Under the pieces are notes generated by a model that worked only from the letters and a program-made list of their open reading frames with translations, had not been told where the DNA came from and did not search any database. Both the position numbers and the translations under genes were made by a program. This document shows, in pieces, positions 48,947 to 59,733 of a DNA stretch of 64,000 nucleotides. The DNA comes from Rhodospirillales bacterium (GTDB lineage Bacteria > Pseudomonadota > Alphaproteobacteria > Micavibrionales > UBA1664): contig CP060260.1 of assembly GCA_023898805.1 (NCBI GenBank), positions 1,425,656 to 1,489,655 of the forward strand, written 5' to 3'. The stretch's first letter is position 1; the number at the start of each line of letters is the position of its first letter.

Positions 48947-49441
48947 TCAGGCGCGGCGCGCCTGCCAGAACGCGAAGGCCGCCAGCACGGCCGATGTTGG
49001 TACGTTGTACCCGGCCATCGAAATACCGAACATTTCCCATGCGATCTTGTCGCACGGCACGCGCGCGCTGTTCAAAATCTGCGCGCGCAAAACATCGATA
49101 TTGCTGGCGTCCAGCTTGACGCTGCACGTCGGCAAACCCGCCCACCAATGCTGTTCGACCCCGACATGGAAGGCGGCGATGCCCATGCCGGCAAGGAAAA
49201 ACACGCCCATCGCGGCCAGCGCGCCGCGCGCCCATCCGGGCCGTGCAAAAACCATGACCGCCAGCACGGCGCCCAGTGCGTAGGGCACCCGTTGCATCAG
49301 GCACAATTCGCACGGCTCAAGCCCGAACCCGTATTGCGCGATATAGGCCATGGCCAGCGCCCCGGCGGAAACGGCGCCAAGGCCCAGCGCGGAAAAACGC
49401 GGCGTCAGGCGTGAGAAAAGATGGAAGCGAGGAAAAATCAC
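48947..49441 (-). CDS. dsbB: Disulfide bond formation protein B family
   Basis: Four TM helices, a CxxC in the first periplasmic loop (PCELC) and a second Cys pair (TCSV...PCDK). Confidence 0.85.
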   Translation of the reverse strand: MIFPRFHLFSRLTPRFSALGLGAVSAGALAMAYIAQYGFGLEPCELCLMQRVPYALGAVLAVMVFARPGWARGALAAMGVFFLAGMGIAAFHVGVEQHWWAGLPTCSVKLDASNIDVLRAQILNSARVPCDKIAWEMFGISMAGYNVPTSAVLAAFAFWQARRA

Positions 49442-49480
49442 GGGACATAACTAGCATGGATACGCTAGGCATGAAAGGGC

Positions 49481-50047
49481 ATGGTAAAAATCGCCTTCAT
49501 CGACTGCGAGGGAACGGTGCGGCCGACGCCCCTGTTCTATAATCCGTTGACGGCCTTCTACATAGCGGCGGCGCGCCGCCATGAGGGCGAAGTGCATCGC
49601 TGCCTTGCGCGTCTGCATCAGGCTGGAGTTGTTTTCGTATGGAACACGCGCGCGCCCGAAATGACACCCGAAACGCCAGCCGGTCGCCTGCATTCTATGA
49701 ATGGCCGCACCATCCGTGATGCCCGCGCCGAACATCTTGCCATGCTGAAGGAAGTGGGGATCGACGAATCCTGGCTTCTGCCCGGTCGCCCCGAGGTCGT
49801 GCATCGAACAAGTATGACAAAAGGCCAGGCGGTCATGGCGTTTCTGGCCGAAGCTGGCATTGACGTTTGTGATACGGTCGCCTTCGACGATAGTCTTGAG
49901 GAAATGGAGGGGTATCCGCATGAACGTTTCGTGCTGGTACAGGCAGAGCGCGGAATTACCAGGGCGAATGTTCTTCACGCCGCGCGGATATTGCGACTGC
50001 CCGGGTTTGGGGTTAAAGCCAGCGCAGGATCGTGTGCGCCCCGATAG
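49481..50047 (+). CDS. Hypothetical protein with degenerate HAD-like motifs
   Basis: IAFIDCEGT (motif I-like, but D-x-E) and VAFDDSLEE (motif IV-like). Its 3' end overlaps the convergent exoD by 35 nt. Confidence 0.4.
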   Translation: MVKIAFIDCEGTVRPTPLFYNPLTAFYIAAARRHEGEVHRCLARLHQAGVVFVWNTRAPEMTPETPAGRLHSMNGRTIRDARAEHLAMLKEVGIDESWLLPGRPEVVHRTSMTKGQAVMAFLAEAGIDVCDTVAFDDSLEEMEGYPHERFVLVQAERGITRANVLHAARILRLPGFGVKASAGSCAPR

Positions 50048-50645
50048 CCACGATCGCGATCAGCCCCGCGACCCACAGCGTCCCGAATATCCCGCCCGCC
50101 AAAGCGGCCAGCCGGTCGCGTGAGAGAATCCCCATCGCCATCACGGCCATACATAGGCTGGGCACCAGATTGCTCATCGGAAACGGCACCATGACCGAGG
50201 TTGTAAGCCCGATCCCAAGCACGCCGCATACACGGTTGACCGATTTATCGGACAGGCCGGTCAGCCTTGGGTGGAACATTCGTTCGAACCGTTCCAGTAA
50301 TCCGCGCGCGCGGGTGAATGCGCGCAAAAGGAAATCCGTGCTGATCTCGCGTTTCAGGATTTTGCGCGGCAGGGCCGGGCGCGCGCGGCCCATGACCATC
50401 TGTCCACACAGGTAATACAGCGGCACGCCGAATATGAAATCAAGCGGCGGCGGTTTTGGAATCGGAACGCATAAAGGAAGCGAAAACAGCAAAAGCAGAA
50501 CGCCGAACCCGCTTCCCTCCAGCGAATCGACCAATTTTCCCAGACTGACGCGTTGGCCGCCATGCTGGTGCAAAACCGCATGGAACAGGGCGCTGATCCG
50601 TGGGTCATCCTGCAAAACGTGGGGGGCGTCGGCGGTTTTGGGCAT
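50013..50645 (-). CDS. exoD: ExoD-family exopolysaccharide synthesis membrane protein
   Basis: VSLGKLVDSLEGSGFGVLLLLFSLPLCVPIP...LPRKIL, typical of the ExoD family, with 4 TM helices. Confidence 0.8.
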   Translation of the reverse strand: MPKTADAPHVLQDDPRISALFHAVLHQHGGQRVSLGKLVDSLEGSGFGVLLLLFSLPLCVPIPKPPPLDFIFGVPLYYLCGQMVMGRARPALPRKILKREISTDFLLRAFTRARGLLERFERMFHPRLTGLSDKSVNRVCGVLGIGLTTSVMVPFPMSNLVPSLCMAVMAMGILSRDRLAALAGGIFGTLWVAGLIAIVAIGAHTILRWL

Positions 50646-50768
50646 GAAGGGCGGTTTTGCCGGGGTTGTGCGCCCCCGTCAAGGCCCGATGCCTGTGCCC
50701 CTTTTCACGCAAGCTATTTATGCTATGACATTCGCGGCTTATATTAAGGCATCCAAAGGAATCGGAAC

Positions 50769-53720
50769 ATGACCCCTTCAGCCAACACCAGATCCCTGCT
50801 TACCGGCGTTAACGCCGAATACATCGCCCATCTTTACGCGCAATATCTTCGCGATCCGGCCTCGGTGCAGGCGGGCTGGGCATCGTTCTTCCGCGATCTT
50901 TCGGATGACGAGGTCACGCTGCTGCGCGAACTGCACGGGCCAAGCTGGGCGATGCCCGAAAATCGAAGCGAAAACCGCGGCTTCACATCGACCACGCAGG
51001 GCAACGTCACTTATATTCAGTCCGCGCCTGCGCAACAGCCTGCCCGTTTCGACCCCATGCCAGCCGCCGCACCCGTGGTCGGTTTGGACCCGGCTTCAGG
51101 GCAAATGATCGCCGCCGCCCGCGACACGTTGCGCGCGATGATGCTGATCCGCGCCTACCGCATTCGTGGCCACTTCAAGGCCGATCTCGACCCGCTGGGC
51201 CTGCGCGAGGTGCCCTCGCATCCGGAACTGGAGCCCGCCTACTGGGGGTTTACCCCGGCCGACATGGAGCGCGTGATTTTTGTCGACGGAAATCTAGGGT
51301 TCCAGCAGGCGACCTTGCGTGAGATTCTTGCCAGATTGCACGAAATTTACTGCGGCACCGTCGGCGTTGAATACATGTATGTGGCCGATCCAGAGCAGCG
51401 TTTCTGGATTCAGGATCGCCTTGAAAAACCGGAAAACAAAATCGAGTTCGACGGCAGCGCGAAAAAGAAAATTCTGGGCGATCTGACCCTGGCCGAAGGG
51501 CTTGAAAAATTCCTGCAGACCAAATTCGTCGGCACCAAGCGTTTTGGGCTTGAAGGCGGCGAAAGCATGATCGCGGCGGTCGAAGAAATTCTAGACCGTG
51601 GCTCCACGCTTGGGTTGAGCGAGGTTGTGTTCGGCATGGCGCATCGCGGCCGCCTCAATATGCTGACCAACGTCCTGGGCAAGCCATTCGTGGCGCTTCT
51701 TTCAGAATTTCAGGGCACTCCGCCCACGCCCGGCGATTTTCAGGGTTCGGGCGACGTAAAATACCATCTGGGTGCGTCCAGCGACCGGCGCTTTTCGGGC
51801 GGCACGGTGCACGTGACGCTGACCCCCAATCCCTCGCACCTCGAAGCGGTCAATCCGGTTGTGGCGGGCCGTGTGCGCGCCAAGCAGGAAATGCACAACG
51901 ACGCCGAACGTCACCGCGTGATGCCCCTGCTCATCCATGGCGATGCCGCTTTTGCCGGGCAAGGCATCGTGGCCGAAACGCTGATGATGTCGGAACTGCA
52001 CGGATACAAGGTCGGCGGCACGGTGCATGTGGTGATCAATAACCAGATCGGCTTTACCACCATGCCGTCCTATTCACGCTCCGGCCCTTACTGCACTGAT
52101 GTCGCGAAAATGCTTGCCGCGCCGATTTTTCACGTCAACGGCGACGATCCGGAGGCCGTGGTGCGTATGGCGCGCACGGCCATCGAATTCCGTCAACAGT
52201 TCAAGAAGGACGTGGTGCTGGACATTACCTGCTATCGCCGCCACGGCCATAATGAAAGCGACGAACCTGCCTTCACCCAGCCGCATATGTACAAGGTCAT
52301 CGCCGAGCTTGATACCACGCGCACCAAATACGCGAAAAGACTTGCTGCCGAAAACGCGGTGACCGAGGCGGAATCGCAGGCCATGGTGGACGAATTCCGC
52401 GCCCGCCTGGAAAAGGATTTCGAATCCGCGAAAACCTACATGCCGAACCGCGCTGATACGCTTGAGGGCATCTGGACCGGCATCGAGCAGTCGCTGGATA
52501 CGGCCGGAAGTGCGCGCCGGGCCAAGACCGCGATTTCCGCAGATGTGATGGAAATCCTGAAAAACGGGTTGACCACCGTGCCTTCGGATTTCGACATCCA
52601 TCCGAAAATCGCCCGCCAGTTGGAAGCCAAGCGCAAAATGTTTGAAACCGGCGAAGGTTTCGACTGGGGTACGGCCGAGGCCTGCGCCTTTGGCTCGCTG
52701 CTGATTGAAGGGCACAGGGTCCGCATTTCCGGGCAGGATGTGGGGCGCGGTACGTTTTCGCACCGCCACTGCATTCTTTACGATCAGACGAGCGAGAAGA
52801 AATATCACCCGCTGCGCAACCTGTCTGCGGATCAGGGAAATTTCGAGGCGTTCGACAGTCCGCTTTCCGAAAACGCGGTGCTTGGTTTCGATTACGGTTA
52901 TTCCCTTGCGGCGCCCGGCGCACTGGTGTGCTGGGAAGGGCAGTTTGGCGATTTCGTCAACGGTGCACAGGTAATGATCGACCAGTTCATCTCCTCAGCC
53001 GAAACCAAATGGCTGCGCATGTCCGGTCTTGTCATGCTGCTGCCGCACGGCATGGAAGGGCAGGGGCCGGAGCACTCATCAGCCCGCCCGGAACGCTTCC
53101 TGCAGCAAAGTGCCGAGGACAACTGGTCTGTGGTCAACATCACGACGCCGGCAAATTATTTTCATGCGCTGCGCCGCCAGTTGAATCGCAATTTCAGGAA
53201 GCCGCTGATCGTCATGTCGCCAAAATCGCTGCTGCGCCACAAGCGTGCGGTCAGCCGCATTGGCGATTTCCTTGGTGAAAGCATGTTCCACCGCGTCCTG
53301 TGGGACGAGGCCGAGGCGCAGGATCAGATCAACAAACCCCGGGACATTCGCCGCATCGTTCTGTGCAGCGGAAAGCTGTATTACGACCTGTACGAAGCGC
53401 GTGAGGCCAAGGGCATCAAGGATGTCGTGATTTTGCGTGTGGAACAACTTTACCCGTGGCCTGCTGATGCGCTGGCCGAGGAATTGAAGCGTTATCCCAA
53501 CGCGGATGTCGTCTGGTGCCAGGAAGAGCCGGGCAATCAGGGCTACTGGTCCTTCGTCGATCGCCGCATTGAAAACGTGCTTACCACTATCAAGCACAAG
53601 GCTGGTCGACCGAAATACGTCGGCAGGCCGGATGCCGCGGCCCCGGCCACCGGTTCGGCCAAGCGCCACGCGAGCGAGCAGGCTGCTTTGATCGATGCGG
53701 CGCTCTCCACCGGCGCGTGA
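50769..53720 (+). CDS. sucA: 2-oxoglutarate dehydrogenase E1 component
   Basis: 983 aa. N-terminus LLTGVNAEYIAHLYAQYLRDPASVQAGWASFF, a ThDP-binding region (HGDAAFAGQGIV) and transketolase-like domains. Confidence 0.97.
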   Translation: MTPSANTRSLLTGVNAEYIAHLYAQYLRDPASVQAGWASFFRDLSDDEVTLLRELHGPSWAMPENRSENRGFTSTTQGNVTYIQSAPAQQPARFDPMPAAAPVVGLDPASGQMIAAARDTLRAMMLIRAYRIRGHFKADLDPLGLREVPSHPELEPAYWGFTPADMERVIFVDGNLGFQQATLREILARLHEIYCGTVGVEYMYVADPEQRFWIQDRLEKPENKIEFDGSAKKKILGDLTLAEGLEKFLQTKFVGTKRFGLEGGESMIAAVEEILDRGSTLGLSEVVFGMAHRGRLNMLTNVLGKPFVALLSEFQGTPPTPGDFQGSGDVKYHLGASSDRRFSGGTVHVTLTPNPSHLEAVNPVVAGRVRAKQEMHNDAERHRVMPLLIHGDAAFAGQGIVAETLMMSELHGYKVGGTVHVVINNQIGFTTMPSYSRSGPYCTDVAKMLAAPIFHVNGDDPEAVVRMARTAIEFRQQFKKDVVLDITCYRRHGHNESDEPAFTQPHMYKVIAELDTTRTKYAKRLAAENAVTEAESQAMVDEFRARLEKDFESAKTYMPNRADTLEGIWTGIEQSLDTAGSARRAKTAISADVMEILKNGLTTVPSDFDIHPKIARQLEAKRKMFETGEGFDWGTAEACAFGSLLIEGHRVRISGQDVGRGTFSHRHCILYDQTSEKKYHPLRNLSADQGNFEAFDSPLSENAVLGFDYGYSLAAPGALVCWEGQFGDFVNGAQVMIDQFISSAETKWLRMSGLVMLLPHGMEGQGPEHSSARPERFLQQSAEDNWSVVNITTPANYFHALRRQLNRNFRKPLIVMSPKSLLRHKRAVSRIGDFLGESMFHRVLWDEAEAQDQINKPRDIRRIVLCSGKLYYDLYEAREAKGIKDVVILRVEQLYPWPADALAEELKRYPNADVVWCQEEPGNQGYWSFVDRRIENVLTTIKHKAGRPKYVGRPDAAAPATGSAKRHASEQAALIDAALSTGA

Positions 53721-53756
53721 TAACCATGATGTGATGCACGATCTGCATCGGTAATG

Positions 53757-53795
53757 AAAAACGGCGATTGGATTTTCCTTTCGCCGTTTTGCTTT
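53757..53795 (+). terminator. Rho-independent terminator after sucA
   Basis: AAAAACGGCGA, a 13-nt loop, then TCGCCGTTTT followed by gcttt. Confidence 0.7.
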
Positions 53796-53803
53796 AATCG
53801 GTC

Positions 53804-54706
53804 ATGGCTTTTTCATGCACCGGCATCATTACGGCTTTGATCACCCCGTTTTGCGATGGAGTCATCGACGATGCGGCTTTACGCCGGTTGATCGAACGCC
53901 AGATCGCGGCGGGTGTGCACGGCCTGTGCGTCGGCGGCACGACGGGTGAGGCCGCGGCACTGGACGATACGCAGATGGATCGCATCTATCGTATCGCGCT
54001 TGAAACGGCCGCGGGCCGTGTCCCGGTCATTGCCGGCTGCGGGTCGAACGACACCGCGCACGCCGTGCGTCTGGCGCATCTGGCGCAGGTGGCGGGCGCC
54101 GATGCCGCGCTGGTGGTGACGCCCTATTACAACCGCCCGACGCAGGAAGGCGTTTTTCGTCATTACGCCGCCATCCACGATTCCTGCGCGCTGCCGTTGA
54201 TTCTTTATAACGTTCCCGGCCGCACCGCGCTGAACATGGATATGGATACGCAAACACGGCTTGTGGCCCTGCCGCGCGTCGTGGGTATCAAGGACGCGGG
54301 CGGCGACATCGCGCGCATTGCGCGCACGCGCCTGTCCTGCGGCCCCTGTTTTCTTCAATACACGGGCGAGGACGCGTTCATGCTCCCTGCGTTGATTCAG
54401 GGTGCGCACGGCGTCATATCTGTGGTGTCCAACATTGCGCCGGAATTATGCGTGCGCCTGTTCGATGCCGTGCAAGCGAACGAAAATGCTACGGCGCGCC
54501 GCCTGTCCGAAGACCTGTTACCCTTGATCGACGCGCTGTTTTGCGAAACCTCGCCGGGACCGGCGAAATACGCGGGCGCCCGCATCAAAATTTGTCGCAA
54601 TGAACTGCGCCTGCCGCTGGTGCCGGTTGCGTGGGAATCCGAACGCCGTATCGACGGCGCGCTGGCGGCGCTGGGGCTGGTTGAACCGGCGCGGGCCTGC
54701 GCATGA
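53804..54706 (+). CDS. dapA: 4-hydroxy-tetrahydrodipicolinate synthase
   Basis: ALITPF, GGTTGE, LYNVPGRT and the Schiff-base Lys context VVGIKDAGGD. Confidence 0.88.
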   Translation: MAFSCTGIITALITPFCDGVIDDAALRRLIERQIAAGVHGLCVGGTTGEAAALDDTQMDRIYRIALETAAGRVPVIAGCGSNDTAHAVRLAHLAQVAGADAALVVTPYYNRPTQEGVFRHYAAIHDSCALPLILYNVPGRTALNMDMDTQTRLVALPRVVGIKDAGGDIARIARTRLSCGPCFLQYTGEDAFMLPALIQGAHGVISVVSNIAPELCVRLFDAVQANENATARRLSEDLLPLIDALFCETSPGPAKYAGARIKICRNELRLPLVPVAWESERRIDGALAALGLVEPARACA

Positions 54707-55326
54707 ATACGGCAATCCACGTACTGGGGCATCAAGGCCGCATGGGAAGTCTGACCTGCGCCGAAATCGCCGCGCGAACGGATTGCGTGTATTCAGGCGA
54801 CATGGAATCCGCCGACGTCGTGATTGATTTCACCCGCGCCGACGCGACGCCGGACCTGTTGGCGCGCGCGGTGCGTCTACATAAACCCTATGTCTGCTGC
54901 GTCACCGGGCTGGACCCGGCGCCGCTGCGCGCGACATCCGAAATCGTACCGGTGCTGCACGCGGTGAATACCAGCGTTTCGCTTGCCGTCTTCAAACGTG
55001 CCGTGGCGGACATCGCAGCCAGCCTGCGCCCCCATGGCTACACGGTCGCGATCCACGACGTGCATCACGCGGCCAAGCGCGACGCGCCATCTGGCACCGC
55101 GCTGGCGCTGGGGGCTGCCATTGGCGGGCCGGTGTCCTATACGTCCGAACGCATGGGCAAAGTGGTGGGCGAACATACCGTGACGTTCACGGGCGCGCAC
55201 GAAACCATCGCCCTGCGCCATGCTGTCACCGACCGCCGCGTTTTCGCGCGTGGCGCGCTGGAAGCCGCAATCTGGCTGGCCAAACAGCCCGCCGGGTTTT
55301 ACGGCATGGATGATGTTTTGTTCTGA
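54703..55326 (+). CDS. dapB: 4-hydroxy-tetrahydrodipicolinate reductase, unusually short (207 aa)
   Basis: GHQGRMG (dinucleotide loop), VIDFT, NTSV, the catalytic HHAAKRDAPSGTA, GEHTVTF and a C-terminal MDDVL. ATGA overlap with dapA. Confidence 0.75.
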   Translation: MNTAIHVLGHQGRMGSLTCAEIAARTDCVYSGDMESADVVIDFTRADATPDLLARAVRLHKPYVCCVTGLDPAPLRATSEIVPVLHAVNTSVSLAVFKRAVADIAASLRPHGYTVAIHDVHHAAKRDAPSGTALALGAAIGGPVSYTSERMGKVVGEHTVTFTGAHETIALRHAVTDRRVFARGALEAAIWLAKQPAGFYGMDDVLF

Positions 55327-55328
55327 TC

Positions 55329-55781
55329 TTAATCACCCCAGTGCAGGACGTGCAGTTGGTAATCGACCAGGGCGAAACCCGCCTTGGCAAATGCCCGTGT
55401 GCTAAGCGCGTTTTTCGCATGGATGTGGCAATAGATTTGCACGCCGCCGTGTTCCGCCGCCCACGCGCGCAGCGCCGCGACGATATGTGACAGATATCCG
55501 CGCCCACGATGATCCGGCGTGAAATACAACCCACCCAGATAAAAACGCTTTTCCGCCCGCCAGTAATTAAACACGCTTTGCATGTGGCAGCATCCGAAAT
55601 GCGTACCGGCCTCGTCCGTGAACAGGAACCAGTGCACGCCTTCGTCGAACGATGCCGTAATCGCCGCCATATTCACGGGCAGGGCGTCGCCCGTCGCGGC
55701 CTCGGTTTCCGCCGTCATCGCGCGCAGATAGGATTCAAGAACGGGCAAATCCGCCCGCCCGGCTTCTTGCAAGGCAACCAT
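55329..55781 (-). CDS. GNAT-family N-acetyltransferase
   Basis: Acetyl-CoA-binding region HRGRGYLSHIVAAL and an overall GNAT layout. Start trimmed to MVALQEAG at 55781. Confidence 0.75.
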   Translation of the reverse strand: MVALQEAGRADLPVLESYLRAMTAETEAATGDALPVNMAAITASFDEGVHWFLFTDEAGTHFGCCHMQSVFNYWRAEKRFYLGGLYFTPDHRGRGYLSHIVAALRAWAAEHGGVQIYCHIHAKNALSTRAFAKAGFALVDYQLHVLHWGD

Positions 55782-55843
55782 GCGGCATACTCGCATTAAA
55801 AAGCGGCGCATTGAAACGAAATCCGTGTATAGATACGCGTGCC

Positions 55844-57676
<1,833 letters not shown>

Positions 57677-57738
57677 AATTGGACTTTTTCGGAAAACCCG
57701 CATTATAACGGGCCCGAATAACAAAAAAGGAAAAAATC

Positions 57739-58044
57739 ATGGTGATGCAACGCCCTTGGCCGCAGGCACACAAGGACAGACTGGCCGAACTGGCGGACGG
57801 CACGCGCGGGAGCGTGGAAATCGCGGACGTTCTGAATCGCGCGTTCAAAACCGCGTACACGCCGAAAGCGGTTATTGGCCGGGTGCATCGCGAGAATGAA
57901 GGGCGAAAAAAGCGGGAAAAGAGCTTCTTAAATTGCCAGCCCGGGGTACCAGAACGTCTTCTGATCGCACACTGGAAAAAGACCGCGCCTCCCTCCCTAA
58001 AGGTAGGGGTGGTCGCCACAATCAGCCCGGGGCTTTCGGCTTAA
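57739..58044 (+). CDS. GcrA-like protein, N-terminal DNA-binding-domain frame (101-aa zero-frame product)
   Basis: W-x8-L..L......S..EIA..L......TPKAVIGRVHR matches the N-terminal motif of the GcrA cell-cycle regulator family. RBS aaggaaaaaa upstream of ATG 57739. Confidence 0.6.
   Translation: MVMQRPWPQAHKDRLAELADGTRGSVEIADVLNRAFKTAYTPKAVIGRVHRENEGRKKREKSFLNCQPGVPERLLIAHWKKTAPPSLKVGVVATISPGLSA
57906..57912 (+). other. In-phase A_AAA_AAG heptamer (a potential -1 ribosomal slippery site, or the site of a 1-nt indel)
   Basis: Zero-frame codons are CGA AAA AAG (R56 K57 K58). The -1 frame is open from 57900 to 58415. Confidence 0.6.
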
Positions 58045-58415
58045 GGCCCGTCAGGCAGGCACCGTACCGCGCGCCGGAAAAGCCAGAACCTGCGCCCGAG
58101 CCGGCACTTTCGGAATATGATGCGCTTGAAAAACTCGACGCCATGTTCAACTTCAACCTTTCTGCCAACGCTGTGGAAGAAGAGGATCTTTCTCACGCCG
58201 TGGCCAGCATGGGGCCGAAGCCGCCGCGTTGTCAGGAAATTCTGGGTCGCAATAATAAATGTGATATTGCAACCAAACCGGGCGTGACGCGCTGTGCCTT
58301 TCATGCCGCCGTACATCTGTTTGCGGCGCTTGGATACGGCCATGACGACATCTATGACAGCACCCCGGTCGAGGCCGAAATACGCGCCCGGTTTGCCGCC
58401 CTGAAAGCGCCCTGA
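57933..58415 (+). CDS. GcrA-like protein, C-terminal frame (-1 relative to 57739..58044)
   Basis: Pro/Ala-rich linker, then a Cys-x9-Cys-x10-Cys-x2-His cluster (RCQEILGRNNKCDIATKPGVTRCAFH) reminiscent of the GcrA C-terminal C...C...C..H region. No independent RBS/ATG (TTG start in the track). Confidence 0.45.
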   Translation: MPARGTRTSSDRTLEKDRASLPKGRGGRHNQPGAFGLRPVRQAPYRAPEKPEPAPEPALSEYDALEKLDAMFNFNLSANAVEEEDLSHAVASMGPKPPRCQEILGRNNKCDIATKPGVTRCAFHAAVHLFAALGYGHDDIYDSTPVEAEIRARFAALKAP

Positions 58416-58507
58416 ATCAGGGGAAAATTCCCTGCCGCCGCCACTTGACCGGGCGGGGATGACGTGCCAAATTCCTGCTGTCTAATCCGCAGCTTACAGG
58501 CCTTTCC

Positions 58508-59728
58508 ATGACCAGCATCATCGTCCCGTCTTTGGGTGAATCCGTTTCCGAAGCCACGATCGCCAAATGGCTGAAGAAGGAAGGTGATCCCGTCAAGCAG
58601 GACGAGCCGCTGGTCGAACTTGAAACCGACAAGGTGACGGTGGAGGTCAACAGTCCCGCTTCCGGCACGCTGGCCGTGATCGGTGCCAAGGCGGGCGAAA
58701 GCGTGAAACCGGGCGCAGTGATCGGCGATGTTGCCGCCGGTGCCGCTGCGCCAAAGGCGCAAGAAAGCAAACCTGCGCCTGAATCCCCGCAACAATCAAC
58801 CGAACGCCCCGAAGCGACACCCAAGGAACCGACACCTGGTCCTGCCGCGCGTAAAATGATGGCCGATAACAACGTGGCCGCGTCTGAAGTCGCGGGCACG
58901 GGCAGGGACGGACGTGTCACCAAGGGCGACGTGATCGCGCATCTTGAACAACCGGCTGCAAAACCGACACCGTCTGCACCGCCCGCTACGACAGCAGCAA
59001 AGTCAAATCCGCCCCGCGACCTTGGCGCGCGCGAGGAACGCGTGAAAATGACAAGGCTAAGGCAGACCATCGCCCGCCGCCTGAAGGAAGCGCAGAACAC
59101 CGCCGCGATGCTCACCACCTTCAACGAAATCGACATGACCGCGATTTTGGCGATGCGCGAGGCGTACAAGGACAAATTTGAAAAACGCTACGGCGTGAAA
59201 CTCGGCTTCATGGGGCTGTTCGTGCGCGCGGCTATCGCGGGCCTGCGCGAATTTCCGGCGGTGAATGCCGAAATCGACGGCGACGACATTATTTATAAAA
59301 ACCACTATGACATCGGCGTCGCGGTTTCGACGCCGCAGGGTCTGGTCGTGCCGGTGGTGCGTGATGCCGACGCCAAGTCGCTGGCCGATATTGAAAAGGA
59401 TATCGGCGCCTATGCCAAAAAGGCGCGCGACGGGCAACTCGCTCCCGCCGACATGATGGGCGGCACCTTTACCATCACCAATGGCGGCGTGTTCGGAAGC
59501 TTGATGTCCACGCCTATCCTCAACGCGCCGCAGGTCGGTATCCTGGGGATGCACAAAACCATGCAGCGCCCGGTGGTAATGCCCGACGGATCGATCGAGG
59601 CGCGCCCGATGATGTATGTCGCGCTGTCTTACGACCACCGCATCATCGACGGGCGCGAGGCGGTCAGTTTCCTCGTCCGCGTCAAGGAATGCCTCGAGGA
59701 CCCGCAGCGTCTGGTGCTTGAAATCTGA
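58508..59728 (+). CDS. sucB: Dihydrolipoyllysine-residue succinyltransferase (2-oxoglutarate dehydrogenase E2)
   Basis: Lipoyl domain ([12 protein letters not shown]), an Ala/Pro linker, the E3-binding segment and the catalytic DHRIIDG. Confidence 0.97.
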   Translation: MTSIIVPSLGESVSEATIAKWLKKEGDPVKQDEPLVELETDKVTVEVNSPASGTLAVIGAKAGESVKPGAVIGDVAAGAAAPKAQESKPAPESPQQSTERPEATPKEPTPGPAARKMMADNNVAASEVAGTGRDGRVTKGDVIAHLEQPAAKPTPSAPPATTAAKSNPPRDLGAREERVKMTRLRQTIARRLKEAQNTAAMLTTFNEIDMTAILAMREAYKDKFEKRYGVKLGFMGLFVRAAIAGLREFPAVNAEIDGDDIIYKNHYDIGVAVSTPQGLVVPVVRDADAKSLADIEKDIGAYAKKARDGQLAPADMMGGTFTITNGGVFGSLMSTPILNAPQVGILGMHKTMQRPVVMPDGSIEARPMMYVALSYDHRIIDGREAVSFLVRVKECLEDPQRLVLEI

Positions 59729-59733
59729 TACCG

